A DNA stretch of 10,354 nt from Leptolyngbyaceae cyanobacterium (GTDB taxonomy: Bacteria; Cyanobacteriota; Cyanobacteriia; Phormidesmidales; Phormidesmidaceae), in the NCBI GenBank assembly GCA_050331235.1, contig JBHJHA010000074.1, positions 1-10,354 on the forward strand, in the 5' to 3' direction. The notes beneath the pieces were generated by a model. The model was given only the letters and a program-made list of their open reading frames with translations. It was not told where the DNA came from and did no database searches. Made by a program: the position numbers and the translations under genes. This document shows, in pieces, positions 1 to 8,244 of the stretch. Every line of letters starts with the position of its first letter. The first letter of the stretch is position 1.

Positions 1-228
1 GACTGGATGGTCACAGCGCGGCCGCTTTACCCCAACTCGGTAGCCACGATCCGGCGATGGTTTGGCGAGATTCTGCAATATTTTGAGCACCGGACGACAA
101 ATGGCGTCGTGGAGGGAATTAATAATCGCTTGAAGCTGATGATACGGTCTGGTTAGGGGTTCCAAAATTTCGCGCGGTTCCGATTGCGCGGTTTGATTGG
201 CTGGTATTTTCCTACATCGGCTGCATAA
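1..228 (+). pseudogene. ISL3-family transposase, C-terminal fragment (runs off the left window edge) with an in-frame stop
   Basis: Manual translation of frame +1 gives DWMVTARPLYPNSVATIRRWFGEILQYFEHRTTNGVVEGINNRLKLMIRSG*GFQNFARFRLRGLIGWYFPTSAA*. TNGxxEGxNNxxK...R..YGF.N...FR.R is the typical ISL3 C-terminus. TAG at 154-156 replaces the Tyr of YGF; the natural stop TAA is at 226-228. Confidence 0.9.
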
Positions 229-249
229 TCAAATCAACCCGGTAGAGCC
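1..249 (+). mobile_element. Right end of an ISL3-family insertion sequence
   Basis: 21 bp after the transposase stop the sequence ends in AGAGCC (244-249), the reverse complement of the GGCTCT terminus common in ISL3. AT-rich GAATTCTT (250-257) follows and is a candidate 8-bp target duplication. The left end is outside the window. Confidence 0.75.
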
Positions 250-569
250 GAATTCTTTAAGATTTGGAAAGTTAAATGTTTAATGGACAAAATAGCTGAG
301 GGTAAGCGAACCGCCCATTCATTCAGCCCGACAAGCGGAACGTCCAACGCTATCAACCAGTGCAATAAAATGGGCTTATCCACATAGATTTCGCCGTTGT
401 AGTGAGGGGTGAGCCAATCTTGCCGCACCTAAATCTGACGCGCAATTTCGGCCTGCTTGGCTTCGGTCTCATTGAATAGGCTGTAGGCATCCAACTGCCA
501 AAAAAATAGAAAGCTGCACAGCAACAGCAACACGCTAATGCTCAAACGGGAGGATACTGAATGAGCCAT
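250..569 (-). pseudogene. ArnT/PMT-like (GT39/GT83-type) membrane glycosyltransferase, N-terminal remnant
   Basis: From ATG 569: MAHSVSSRLSISVLLLLCSFLFFWQLDAYSLFNETEAKQAEIARQI*VRQDWLTPHYNGEIYVDKPILLHWLIAL...GLNEWAVRLPSA. A TM helix followed by E..A..AR.., DW.TP..NG....DKP and RLPSA is the ArnT-family N-terminus. In-frame TAG at 429-431; the frame runs into the IS end after ~106 codons, whereas intact members are ~500+ aa. Confidence 0.85.
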
Positions 570-775
570 GATAAATGTTCCAGAGGGTAGACAAGCTGGA
601 TGATGACAGTGACGGGGCGATCGCCCAGATCCCAGACTGCATCGTCTAAAATATCGGTCAACTCATCTGACTAGGGGGACTTATAGCCGCTGCCAGATAG
701 CGCACTGTATGCGTCATTGTGGTAGACCGCCCCCGGATCATCCGACTGCTCGCGGGCTATTGTCGCAGCGCTTAG

Positions 776-1183
776 CTACTGCGTCTGGGCGATATTTTCA
801 GCCGCTATCGCTCTTTTGCTCCTCTACTCGCTGTACATGCTCGTTGTAAGCTAGCCGCCGCTGAGGGAACGGATATAGATGAAGGCGGATAGATCAGCAA
901 TGCCCTTCGCCTCGATGATGCGGTCTAACGAGAGCTGTACTTTAGTTGTTTGGCTAGTGAGTTGCTGTTGCTGCCGCGTCCAGTCGGCTAAAACTTGATC
1001 CGAGTAATTCCCCCGCCGCACCTTCAGGTGATCTGGAGAAGAACGCGCCAGCGTAAATTTCAAGATCCGCGGTGTGGGGCTCTGGGTCGGAGCCGTGATG
1101 GGGGCAATCAGTTCGACGGTGGTGGCTTGGGTCTGGGCAGGCTCCGTGCGGGCAAACCAGAGCCCACCGACTTGAAAAGCCAT
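776..1183 (-). pseudogene. Probable degraded remnant of a cyanobacterial coiled-coil protein with a HlyD/lipoyl-like hinge
   Basis: ORF 851-1183 has PRILKFTLARSSPDHLKVRRG..DQVLADWTRQQQQLTSQ..KVQLSLDRI, resembling the 'LKV..GD.V..GQ.LA' hairpin followed by a coiled coil. Q/E/R-rich helical text continues in shifted frames (QRRLAYNEHVQRVEEQK, 863-813; IAQTQ*, 793-776). Family call is from recalled resemblance only. Confidence 0.4.
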
Positions 1184-1568
1184 AGTGCAACTGTGACCTC
1201 TTAGGGGTCTGTGTTATTTGGGGGGAAGCTCATCTCGTGCCCTGACGTTCATGATTACGTTGCCCTGCAACACCTAAAAGTTCCCGAATAGCTGCACTAT
1301 TTCAGCGGGCTATTTTTGTGAGGTCGTTGAGGAACTGAATCATTAGTTTTGCGCGTGCGTCAGTCGAGGGGAGAAGTCGTATCTCTACCAGAGTACCGGT
1401 CCAGATCAAAGCTCGAATGAACACACTCAGAGACATGGTGAAGGCCGTGTAAGAATGGAGGATGCGTGGATCGGCCTGTCAGCGATCGCTACTTTCTTCG
1501 ATAGAGTCTTCAATTCTGACACTCGGCTTACTTATTTCGGCCAATCTGTAAACGTTCGCTGCAGCCCC

Positions 1569-1598
1569 TTGACAACGGCAATCGCCGCCGCCTACCTT
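1569..1598 (+). promoter_or_regulatory. Candidate sigma70-type promoter upstream of ftsX
   Basis: Perfect TTGACA (1569-1574), 18-bp spacer, TACCTT (1593-1598; TAnnnT). Not experimentally supported. Confidence 0.35.
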
Positions 1599-1720
1599 AG
1601 GCCATGCTTCTGTGTCTCAATCCCAACGTGAGTCCGCATTCTTCCAAATCAGGGTGTTCGCTTTGGCCAGCGGCTCACCAGGCATCGATGGAGGCGGCCA
1701 TGCCCTCAGTCAGCAAGGTG

Positions 1721-1760
1721 CCGCTTTGCTTTTCTACAGGCCATTTTGCTTTTCTACAGG
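1721..1760 (+). repeat. Tandem 20-bp direct repeat upstream of ftsX
   Basis: CCGCTTTGCTTTTCTACAGG (1721-1740) and CCATTTTGCTTTTCTACAGG (1741-1760) are 18/20 identical with a perfect 16-bp core TTTGCTTTTCTACAGG. Confidence 0.9.
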
Positions 1761-1805
1761 ATTTAACGCTACACCGCTTCGTTTTCTATTCCCGGGTTAA
1801 CTGCA

Positions 1806-2708
1806 ATGCTCAAGGCTTTTACCAAAGCTGACTATTTAATCCGCGAGACACTGCTCGGTCTCCGGCGGGGTGGCTGGATGAATTGGGCAGCCATCAGCAC
1901 CATGACAGTTCTGTTGTTTTTGTTTGGCATCAGCCTGCAGGCTAGTTGGCAGCTGGAGGGTTTGCTCAATCAGTTTGGTAGCCAGTTGGAAGTATCAGTG
2001 TATTTGGACTGCGGCGTCCAAGCCGACTCTCTCACAGAAACGGTAGCGGCATTGCCCCAAGTGACCACAGTAGAGTCCATCTCCAAGGAAGTCGCCTGGG
2101 AGAACCTCGTTGCCGACCTCGGTATCTCCGATATTGCAGGAGCCACGGAACAGCTCAAGGGCAACCCCTTGGTCGATGCGTTGCGGGTCAAAGCCAGCAA
2201 CTCGGAAGCAGTGCCCCAACTGGCGTCTCAGCTCCAGCAGATGCAGGGCGTTAGTGACGTCTTGTATATCGATGAAGCTGTCCAGCGCATTGAGCAGCTC
2301 AACCAGGGGCTACGCTGGTCCAGTGTGTTTGTCATCGGCGTACTGAGTTTGACCGCGATCGCCGTCATTACCACCACCATTCGGCTCATTGTCATGGCCC
2401 GCCGCCACGAGATTGAGGTGATGCAGCTCGTAGGGGCAACCAACATCTGGATTTATCTACCCTTCATTCTCCAGGGCGCGTTTTTCGGCTTAGTAGGCGC
2501 TGGTATTGCCTGGGGGCTGTTGACCGCGATTCATCAGTTCCTCTACGAATTGGTCAACCAGCAGCCCGACTTCATCCAGTTCGTGATGAATGGATTACGG
2601 TTGACTCCCCAGCAGGCCATTCTGCTACCGTCAGCGCTATTGGGCTTAGGGAGTCTGGTGGGTTTACTAGGAAGTTTGGTGGCTGTACGCAAATATGCGC
2701 TGCGTTAA
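1806..2708 (+). CDS. ftsX: Cell division permease-like protein FtsX
   Basis: 300 aa: N-terminal TM, periplasmic domain (LEVSVYL...SISKEVAW...NPL.DAL.V), then TTIRL...ARRHEIEVMQLVGAT..WIYLPFILQG and three further TMs, the FtsX signature. Confidence 0.93.
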   Translation: MLKAFTKADYLIRETLLGLRRGGWMNWAAISTMTVLLFLFGISLQASWQLEGLLNQFGSQLEVSVYLDCGVQADSLTETVAALPQVTTVESISKEVAWENLVADLGISDIAGATEQLKGNPLVDALRVKASNSEAVPQLASQLQQMQGVSDVLYIDEAVQRIEQLNQGLRWSSVFVIGVLSLTAIAVITTTIRLIVMARRHEIEVMQLVGATNIWIYLPFILQGAFFGLVGAGIAWGLLTAIHQFLYELVNQQPDFIQFVMNGLRLTPQQAILLPSALLGLGSLVGLLGSLVAVRKYALR

Positions 2709-2722
2709 TCCGGAATGGGCGA

Positions 2723-2908
2723 TTACCGTTCGGTCTCTTCATCTTCCAGGTAAGCGGTTTCTTCAACATCCGTAGTGTTGAGCTCATCTTTGAAGGTGCG
2801 CAGGGTTTTGCCCAGGGCGTTGCCCAACTCAGGAATCTTCTTAGGTCCAAAGATCAGTAGGCCGACGCCTAATACCAAAATGACTTCTGTCCAGCCGATA
2901 TTAAACAT
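2723..2908 (-). CDS. tatA: Twin-arginine translocase TatA/E subunit
   Basis: 61 aa: G..E..L.L...LLIFGPKKIPELG.ALGKTLR.FK, a TM helix, FGP hinge and amphipathic helix, with an acidic tail. Confidence 0.92.
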   Translation of the reverse strand: MFNIGWTEVILVLGVGLLIFGPKKIPELGNALGKTLRTFKDELNTTDVEETAYLEDEETER

Positions 2909-3013
2909 GACAAAGCGCTCCGTCGGGTTGTCTGGGTAAGGACAAGAAAAAATGAAAATTCTTTACAATCTGGGCCAGCCAGAGTGGCCTAGGGATGAGC
3001 CACAGTTTAGACG

Positions 3014-4216
3014 CTAAACGTTGGCCGTAGCAGATTCAAAGCAAATGTTGGCCTGCTTGAGGCGCGCCATGGCTTCGCCGAGGCGATCGCAGTCGGCAAT
3101 CAGACTCACCCGAAAATAGCCTTCCCCGCCGGGGCCAAAGGCATTGCCAGGGGTAAACACCACCCCCGTCTGCTCCATCACCGCTAAGGCAAAATCGGTG
3201 GAGGAAATGCCCGGTGGGCACGCTACCCAGAGATACATGGTGGCTTGGGTTTTGGCTACTTGCCAGCCGAGGGCGGCAAACTCCTGGATGAGAAAGTCTC
3301 GGCGGGTGCGATAGCGAGTTTGCACTGCCTCAAGGTAGTGATCCGGCAGTTGGAGAGCAGTTTCCGCAGCCTTTTGCAGTGCAGAAAAGATGCCATAGTC
3401 AAGATTCGTTTTTAGGGTGCGCAGGCCCTGAATAATATGACGATTGCCCACTACAAAGCCCACCCGCCAACCAGCCATGTTGTAGGTTTTGGAGAGGGTG
3501 TGAAACTCCACGCCAATATCCTTGGCCCCAGGAATTTCCAACAGGCTCGTGGGTTGGTAATTGTCAAAGGCAAGCTCGGCGTAGCAGAGGTCATGCACCA
3601 ACATGATTTCGTAGTGGCGGGCAAACGCCACCACTTCCTCAAAAAACTCACGGGGAGCCGTCGCCGCCGTAGGATTGTTGGGATAGTTGAAAAACAGCAC
3701 CTTAGCTTCGCGGGCTACAGCCTCCGGAATGGCTGACAGGTCAATCAGCCAGTCATTGTCTACAGACAGTGGCAAGTCATAAATTTTGCCCCCGGCGATC
3801 GCCGGTCCCCGAAAGTGGGCGGGGTAAGCCGGTGACGGCACTAAAACCAGATCACCCGGATTGATGTAAGCCATGGCGAGGTGCGCTAACCCCTCTTTGG
3901 AGCCCAACAGCGGCAGGGCTTCCCCATTGGGGTCAAGGCTGACGCCATAGCGACGGCGATACCAGCGAGTGATGGCCTCTCGAAAGCTACGGGTGCCCTC
4001 AAAAGGCGGATAGCCGTGGTTAGCTGCATCCTGTACCGCCGCACCAGCAGCGTCAATCACTGGCTGTGGCGTTGGACCATCGGGATTGCCCATGCCCAGA
4101 TCAATCAGGTCTAGCCCCCGGGCCCGCGCGGCCGCTTTCAGCTCATCGAGCCGGGCAAATACGTAAGGGGGGAGTCGACGCACCCGCTCCGCTGGTTGCA
4201 GCCAATCCAGATCCAT
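3014..4216 (-). CDS. PLP-dependent class I/II aminotransferase (cyanobacterial aspartate aminotransferase / DapL-like clade)
   Basis: 400 aa with LPPYVFA, IDLGMGNPD, GSKEG, NYPNNPT, HDLCY and the PLP-lysine motif TLSKTYNMAGWRVG, plus PGNAFG..GEGYFR. SD-like GAGAGGA upstream. Substrate cannot be fixed from sequence. Confidence 0.9.
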   Translation of the reverse strand: MDLDWLQPAERVRRLPPYVFARLDELKAAARARGLDLIDLGMGNPDGPTPQPVIDAAGAAVQDAANHGYPPFEGTRSFREAITRWYRRRYGVSLDPNGEALPLLGSKEGLAHLAMAYINPGDLVLVPSPAYPAHFRGPAIAGGKIYDLPLSVDNDWLIDLSAIPEAVAREAKVLFFNYPNNPTAATAPREFFEEVVAFARHYEIMLVHDLCYAELAFDNYQPTSLLEIPGAKDIGVEFHTLSKTYNMAGWRVGFVVGNRHIIQGLRTLKTNLDYGIFSALQKAAETALQLPDHYLEAVQTRYRTRRDFLIQEFAALGWQVAKTQATMYLWVACPPGISSTDFALAVMEQTGVVFTPGNAFGPGGEGYFRVSLIADCDRLGEAMARLKQANICFESATANV

Positions 4217-4305
4217 GCCCGCTGTTCCTCTCGCTTAGAAGTCTCGATGCCTAACGCACCTATAGTGTGCAAAATTTACCAGATTTTCTGGATCAATTGA
4301 CTGGA

Positions 4306-5451
4306 TTAACGACAACGAGTAGTTTTTGGGGCCGGAGCCTCTGCCCGTTTCTTGACTTTCATTTCAACTGCGGTGGTGGAGACCAACGCCCCCATCAAGG
4401 CCTCGGGGGTGACAGTAAAGGGTAGATGATGGATGTCAGAGGTGGGACGACAGGCGATCGCGGCCGCCTGCTGTAAATCTGCCACAGCGACCGCCGCCAG
4501 GCCCATATCGGCCAAGGTTTTGGGTAGCCCCGTCTCGGTATAAAACTGAATGAGCTGCTGCCGAGCTGTGTACGCGAGAGAAGACTGCTGGGCAATTTCC
4601 TCAAGTCGCAGCTGGGCCAAAATGCCATAGGCGACCTTTTCTCCGTGAAGCACACCGTGGCTGGCGGCGAGATGGGTCAACCCGTTGTGGATAGCATGGG
4701 CCGCCACCGTGCGGCACTGCGCCCCACCGAGGCCGCCCATAACACCTGCCAACAAGACGCAGGCATCCACCACTTCGCGCCAGGCCGCTCCACCGGGATC
4801 AGCCAGCGCTGCTGGGGTCTTTTGCCAGAGTAAATCGCGGAGAACCCGGGCCTGCTGGACTGCGGCAATCACCAATGTCTGTTCGGAACTGCCACTACTC
4901 ACGGACCCCTCATACCACTTAGCCAGAGCGTCACCGATGCCGGCGATCAAAGTTCGTTGGGGAGCCGTGGCTACTAAATCGTAATCCAGGATCAGGAGGT
5001 TGGGGCAGTGATCTAAGGTCACATCATACAGAAACGCCCCTGCCTCGGAGTACACGTTTGACAAGGCGGTCCAGGCGGCACAAGTCGCCGCTGACGTGGG
5101 CACCGTCACCACTGGTAGGCGGGCTTGGTGGGCCGCAAGCTTGGCGGTGTCTAGAGCTTTACCGCCGCCAACCCCAATAATGACGTCGGCTTCATGGTCG
5201 GCGATCGCCCGCTGCAACTGATCCAGCGTAGCCTCACTACAGTCAGCACCATAGGTCACCGTGGCGGCGGCCAAGTGAGTAAGGGCCGGGGCCAAATAAG
5301 ACTCCGCTGAGGCCAAGGAGCGATCGCCACCAATGACTAAGGGACGATGGCCCAAAGCCGCAATGTGCTCCCCCATCTCAGACAAGATGCTAGCTCCCCG
5401 CACGACCTGGGCAGGTGCCACCATCAAAGGCAGAAAGGTTGTAGAAGTCAT
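4306..5451 (-). CDS. gldA: Glycerol dehydrogenase-like protein (iron/zinc-containing alcohol dehydrogenase family)
   Basis: NAD-binding GVGGGKALD, PTSAATCA, GIGDALAKWYE, and metal-ligand His motifs AHAIHNG and HGEKV. Start placed at ATG 5451 (alternative TTG 5460). Confidence 0.85.
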   Translation of the reverse strand: MTSTTFLPLMVAPAQVVRGASILSEMGEHIAALGHRPLVIGGDRSLASAESYLAPALTHLAAATVTYGADCSEATLDQLQRAIADHEADVIIGVGGGKALDTAKLAAHQARLPVVTVPTSAATCAAWTALSNVYSEAGAFLYDVTLDHCPNLLILDYDLVATAPQRTLIAGIGDALAKWYEGSVSSGSSEQTLVIAAVQQARVLRDLLWQKTPAALADPGGAAWREVVDACVLLAGVMGGLGGAQCRTVAAHAIHNGLTHLAASHGVLHGEKVAYGILAQLRLEEIAQQSSLAYTARQQLIQFYTETGLPKTLADMGLAAVAVADLQQAAAIACRPTSDIHHLPFTVTPEALMGALVSTTAVEMKVKKRAEAPAPKTTRCR

Positions 5452-5456
5452 AGTAT

Positions 5457-6002
5457 TCAAGCGTTGTGGTTGTCAGTAAGGTCTTGAGAAGTCGATGAGG
5501 AGAGGGATTTGAACGCCTCATCATAGAGCTCAACGGACAAGTTGTTATCGGTTTCAGCCCCTTTGATGGGTTGCGCCTTGCCCAGATAAACCAGTTTTGA
5601 GACGCCACCGGCCTCATGCACAATGGAGCGAGCCCGGATATTGGGAGTCGTGCCATAGATCCCTAGGCGGCTAGGCTTTAAGAGATTGCTGGCAGCCTGC
5701 TGTAGGGTCGCCTCCAGCTCAGTAGGGGTAATGGCGCTCGGTACTTTGATAACGATTTGCGCCGCGCCCGAATCATAGACGGTCTTATACGGTATGGCTC
5801 CCGGCACTACATTTTGGGTAAAGGGTTCAAAGCTCAGCCCCAGCAACCCGCCTGTCAATACCCCCATAAAGCTGGTGATGCCTACCAATCTAAAGCGAAA
5901 GCCCCAGCCCAACACGAAGGCAAGAATCGTGATGCCCGCCATGGTCAGGGTGGCAATCCCGAAATATTTAGTGGCTTCGAGAAAATCAGCAGGAGTTGGC
6001 AT
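5457..6002 (-). CDS. ycf51: Ycf51 (DUF2518) family membrane protein
   Basis: From ATG 6002 (MPTPADF, 181 aa): two TM helices around WGFRFRLVGITSFM, then VYDSG..Q.VI.V...IT..ELEATL.QAA.NL. The ORF-track extension to 6098 looks non-coding. Confidence 0.88.
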   Translation of the reverse strand: MPTPADFLEATKYFGIATLTMAGITILAFVLGWGFRFRLVGITSFMGVLTGGLLGLSFEPFTQNVVPGAIPYKTVYDSGAAQIVIKVPSAITPTELEATLQQAASNLLKPSRLGIYGTTPNIRARSIVHEAGGVSKLVYLGKAQPIKGAETDNNLSVELYDEAFKSLSSSTSQDLTDNHNA

Positions 6003-6296
6003 AGGGGTAAGGAACCTTAATATCAACAAACGTTTTAAGCACCGAATTTGACCGCTCGCTGCATGTCGCCACAGTGGGGCCCATTGCCAGGCAATCAAAT
6101 AGTATGGGTTTTGATCCTATCAGGTTCATTTAGGCTTGATCAGCCTGAGAACAAGAGTTTTTCGATGGAAAGCGTTACGGTTTGGGTATGCTGCTGTTTG
6201 TGTTGGGATGTCCTATCAGTCAGGTGGGCGAATGAGAGTATCATGTGCCAAGCCCGATATTGGGTCATCCCCATCGTTGACGTAGAGGAGAGAGTC

Positions 6297-6914
6297 ATGC
6301 GGACAGTTCGTCGCCGTTTAGGAATAGTTTCAGCGAGTGCGGCGATCGCCTTGCTAGCAGTCGGCTGTGGTGAATCTAAGGTCTCGCAGTGCAATCGGCT
6401 AGCCGAAATTGTCAACAAAGCCCAAGGCTTTATGCCCGCTTTTGAGAGCAACATTCAAACTTTTAGCGCCAATGCTGCGCAGGTCAAAAGCCTGGATGAC
6501 ATCAAGGCCGCAGCGGACCAATATGTACAAGCTGTGGACCAAGTGGTTGCCGACTTAGATGCGCTCTCGGTTGAACTTAACCAAACGGAACTCAGCGACG
6601 AGGAACTGATTGGGTACCGCGATCGCTACATCACTATGGTGGATGGCTTCAGCACCTCGTTGACCCAGGCCAGCGACGCCATGGGCATTGTGCAAGAGGT
6701 AGAAACTGAGGCGGATCTACCCGCCAAAATCGAAGAGTCTCAGCAGCAAACAGTGCAGGCCGTCCAGCAGATTCAAGAACTTTCCGTTGAGGAATCCACC
6801 ATTATCAACGAAGTCAACACTTACTGTGGGGCCGCGGGGGCCGAAGCTCCTGCCGGAGCCCCTGAAGGCGAAGCCGCCCCCGAAGGTGAAGCCGCTCCCG
6901 AAGGCGGCGAATAA
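6297..6914 (+). CDS. Hypothetical lipoprotein (acidic, helical)
   Basis: GAGGAG at 6285-6290 precedes ATG 6297. MRTVRRR + hydrophobic stretch + lipobox LAVG-C; 205 aa, with two further Cys (SQCN, TYCG) and an acidic Ala/Pro/Glu tail. Confidence 0.85.
   Translation: MRTVRRRLGIVSASAAIALLAVGCGESKVSQCNRLAEIVNKAQGFMPAFESNIQTFSANAAQVKSLDDIKAAADQYVQAVDQVVADLDALSVELNQTELSDEELIGYRDRYITMVDGFSTSLTQASDAMGIVQEVETEADLPAKIEESQQQTVQAVQQIQELSVEESTIINEVNTYCGAAGAEAPAGAPEGEAAPEGEAAPEGGE
6858..6911 (+). repeat. Three imperfect 18-bp tandem repeats encoding (APEGEA)n
   Basis: GCCCCTGAAGGCGAAGCC / GCCCCCGAAGGTGAAGCC / GCTCCCGAAGGCGGCGAA, immediately before the stop codon. Confidence 0.85.
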
Positions 6915-6944
6915 CGCCGCTGCCCCAGAGCCCGGCGAAAGCCT

Positions 6945-6980
6945 AGGCCGGCAACGACACCATGCGTTGCCGGCCTCTTT
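6945..6980 (+). terminator. Probable intrinsic terminator or 3' stabilising hairpin
   Basis: Perfect 12-bp stem AGGCCGGCAACG (6945-6956) / CGTTGCCGGCCT (6965-6976), 8-nt loop, followed by CTTTAAT (weak U tract), 30 bp after the lipoprotein stop. Confidence 0.7.
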
Positions 6981-7152
6981 AATCTCCGGGTTCATCACCT
7001 GGGCGAATGACCACCCCCGCTGGAGAAGAGCTGTCGGCATCGCCTCGATAATCTAGGACCCACTGGTTCGGGTGAGTAGCACCCTAGCGCTCGACCAGCG
7101 GGGCTGCTGAGCCTGCTCTCCTACTTGCTCGCCCAAGGGAGTCACTGCATCT

Positions 7153-8217
7153 ATGCTGATCAACTTGGCCTACCTGCTGCGTCGGCCCACCGGCACTACC
7201 AACTACGCCCTCAATTTATTGCCCTCCCTCGCTCCGCTAGAGCCGACCTATTTAGCGACAGCTGCCAGCGGGCTCGAAGATTACTGGGCGGTACCCGCCA
7301 ATATGACCGCTGAGAATGGCTTGGCGGGACATGTCCGACGTTTGTTGTGGACTCAGTGGCGACTGCCCACACTGTATCGCCGACTGGGATCACCTCAGGA
7401 TTTGCTGTTTTGTCCCATTGCTGAGGCCCCGCTCTACACCCGCTGTCGGTTTATCGTCATGATCCATGACTTGATTCCGCTGCGGTTCCAGGTGTCGCGA
7501 TCGCAGACTTGGCTGCACCACCACTATATCCCTCGAGTCTTGGCGGCGGCTGAGCACATTCTCTGCAATTCGGAAGCAACCGCCAACGATGTGATGCAGT
7601 TTTACGGCATCAGCGCTGAAAAAATTACGCCGATTTTGCTAGCCCATGATGCTGAGCACTTTCGCCCGCTGGGGCTGCCGCGACAACCCTATTTTTTGCT
7701 GCTGGGGCGGCAGGCACCCTACAAAAACTGGGCGATCGCCCTGCAAGCCTTTGCCCAACTGCCACAGGTATCGGACTACGAATTATGGATTGCTGGCCCC
7801 CCGGATTCTCGCTATACCCCTGAGCTCAAAACCCTGGCGCAAACTTTGGGGATCACTCCCCAGATGAAATATTTGGACTATGTTGCCTACGACCAGCTAC
7901 CTTGCCTGCTCAACCAAGCTCAAGCACTGATCTTTCCTAGCCTTTGGGAGGGGTTTGGCTTGCCGGTGTTGGAGGCCATGGCCTGTGGCACGCCGGTAAT
8001 CGCCGCCAATCGCGCGTCCATTCCCGAGGTGGCGGGCGAGGCAGCGCTGCTGGTGGACCCGACCGATGCCGGGGCGATCGCCCATCAGATGCAGCGGCTC
8101 ATCACCGACAGTCAGTTGGCACAACAGCTCAGCCAAGCCGGGCGTCGCCGCGCCCAGCAGTTTAGCTGGCAGCGAACTGGCCAGTTAACGGTGGAACTGC
8201 TGCAAGCGTATCGATAG
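7153..8217 (+). CDS. Glycosyltransferase family 4 (GT-B fold, MtfB-like)
   Basis: 354 aa with [24 protein letters not shown] and the EX7E motif [28 protein letters not shown] upstream. Confidence 0.93.
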   Translation: MLINLAYLLRRPTGTTNYALNLLPSLAPLEPTYLATAASGLEDYWAVPANMTAENGLAGHVRRLLWTQWRLPTLYRRLGSPQDLLFCPIAEAPLYTRCRFIVMIHDLIPLRFQVSRSQTWLHHHYIPRVLAAAEHILCNSEATANDVMQFYGISAEKITPILLAHDAEHFRPLGLPRQPYFLLLGRQAPYKNWAIALQAFAQLPQVSDYELWIAGPPDSRYTPELKTLAQTLGITPQMKYLDYVAYDQLPCLLNQAQALIFPSLWEGFGLPVLEAMACGTPVIAANRASIPEVAGEAALLVDPTDAGAIAHQMQRLITDSQLAQQLSQAGRRRAQQFSWQRTGQLTVELLQAYR

Positions 8218-8244
8218 GGGATGAGGAGAGGTGACCCTTACCAG

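Larger units (their letters stand above)
617..8081. repeat. HIP1 octamers (GCGATCGC), 12 dispersed copies
   Basis: Starts at 617, 1482, 2355, 3083, 3795, 4454, 5201, 5320, 6342, 6619, 7732 and 8074 (manual count). HIP1 is a cyanobacterial hallmark. Confidence 0.9.

Noticed and set aside
1721..1760. CRISPR or iteron array
   Set aside because: Only two adjacent copies, no spacers, and no cas or rep gene.
1604..1831. Short ORFs 1604-1831 and 1612-1800 as leader peptides
   Set aside because: No recognisable motif or RBS, and they span the candidate regulatory repeat.
1806..2708. ftsX without adjacent ftsE as a novelty
   Set aside because: To my knowledge the two genes are often unlinked in cyanobacteria.
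4279..4291. CCAGA-TTT-TCTGG hairpin between gldA and the aminotransferase
   Set aside because: A 5-bp stem is too weak to call a terminator or operator.
6003..6296. N-terminal extensions of ycf51 (to 6098) and of the lipoprotein (from 6048)
   Set aside because: They overlap head to head, have atypical composition and precede clear starts at 6002 and 6297. This is a divergent promoter region.
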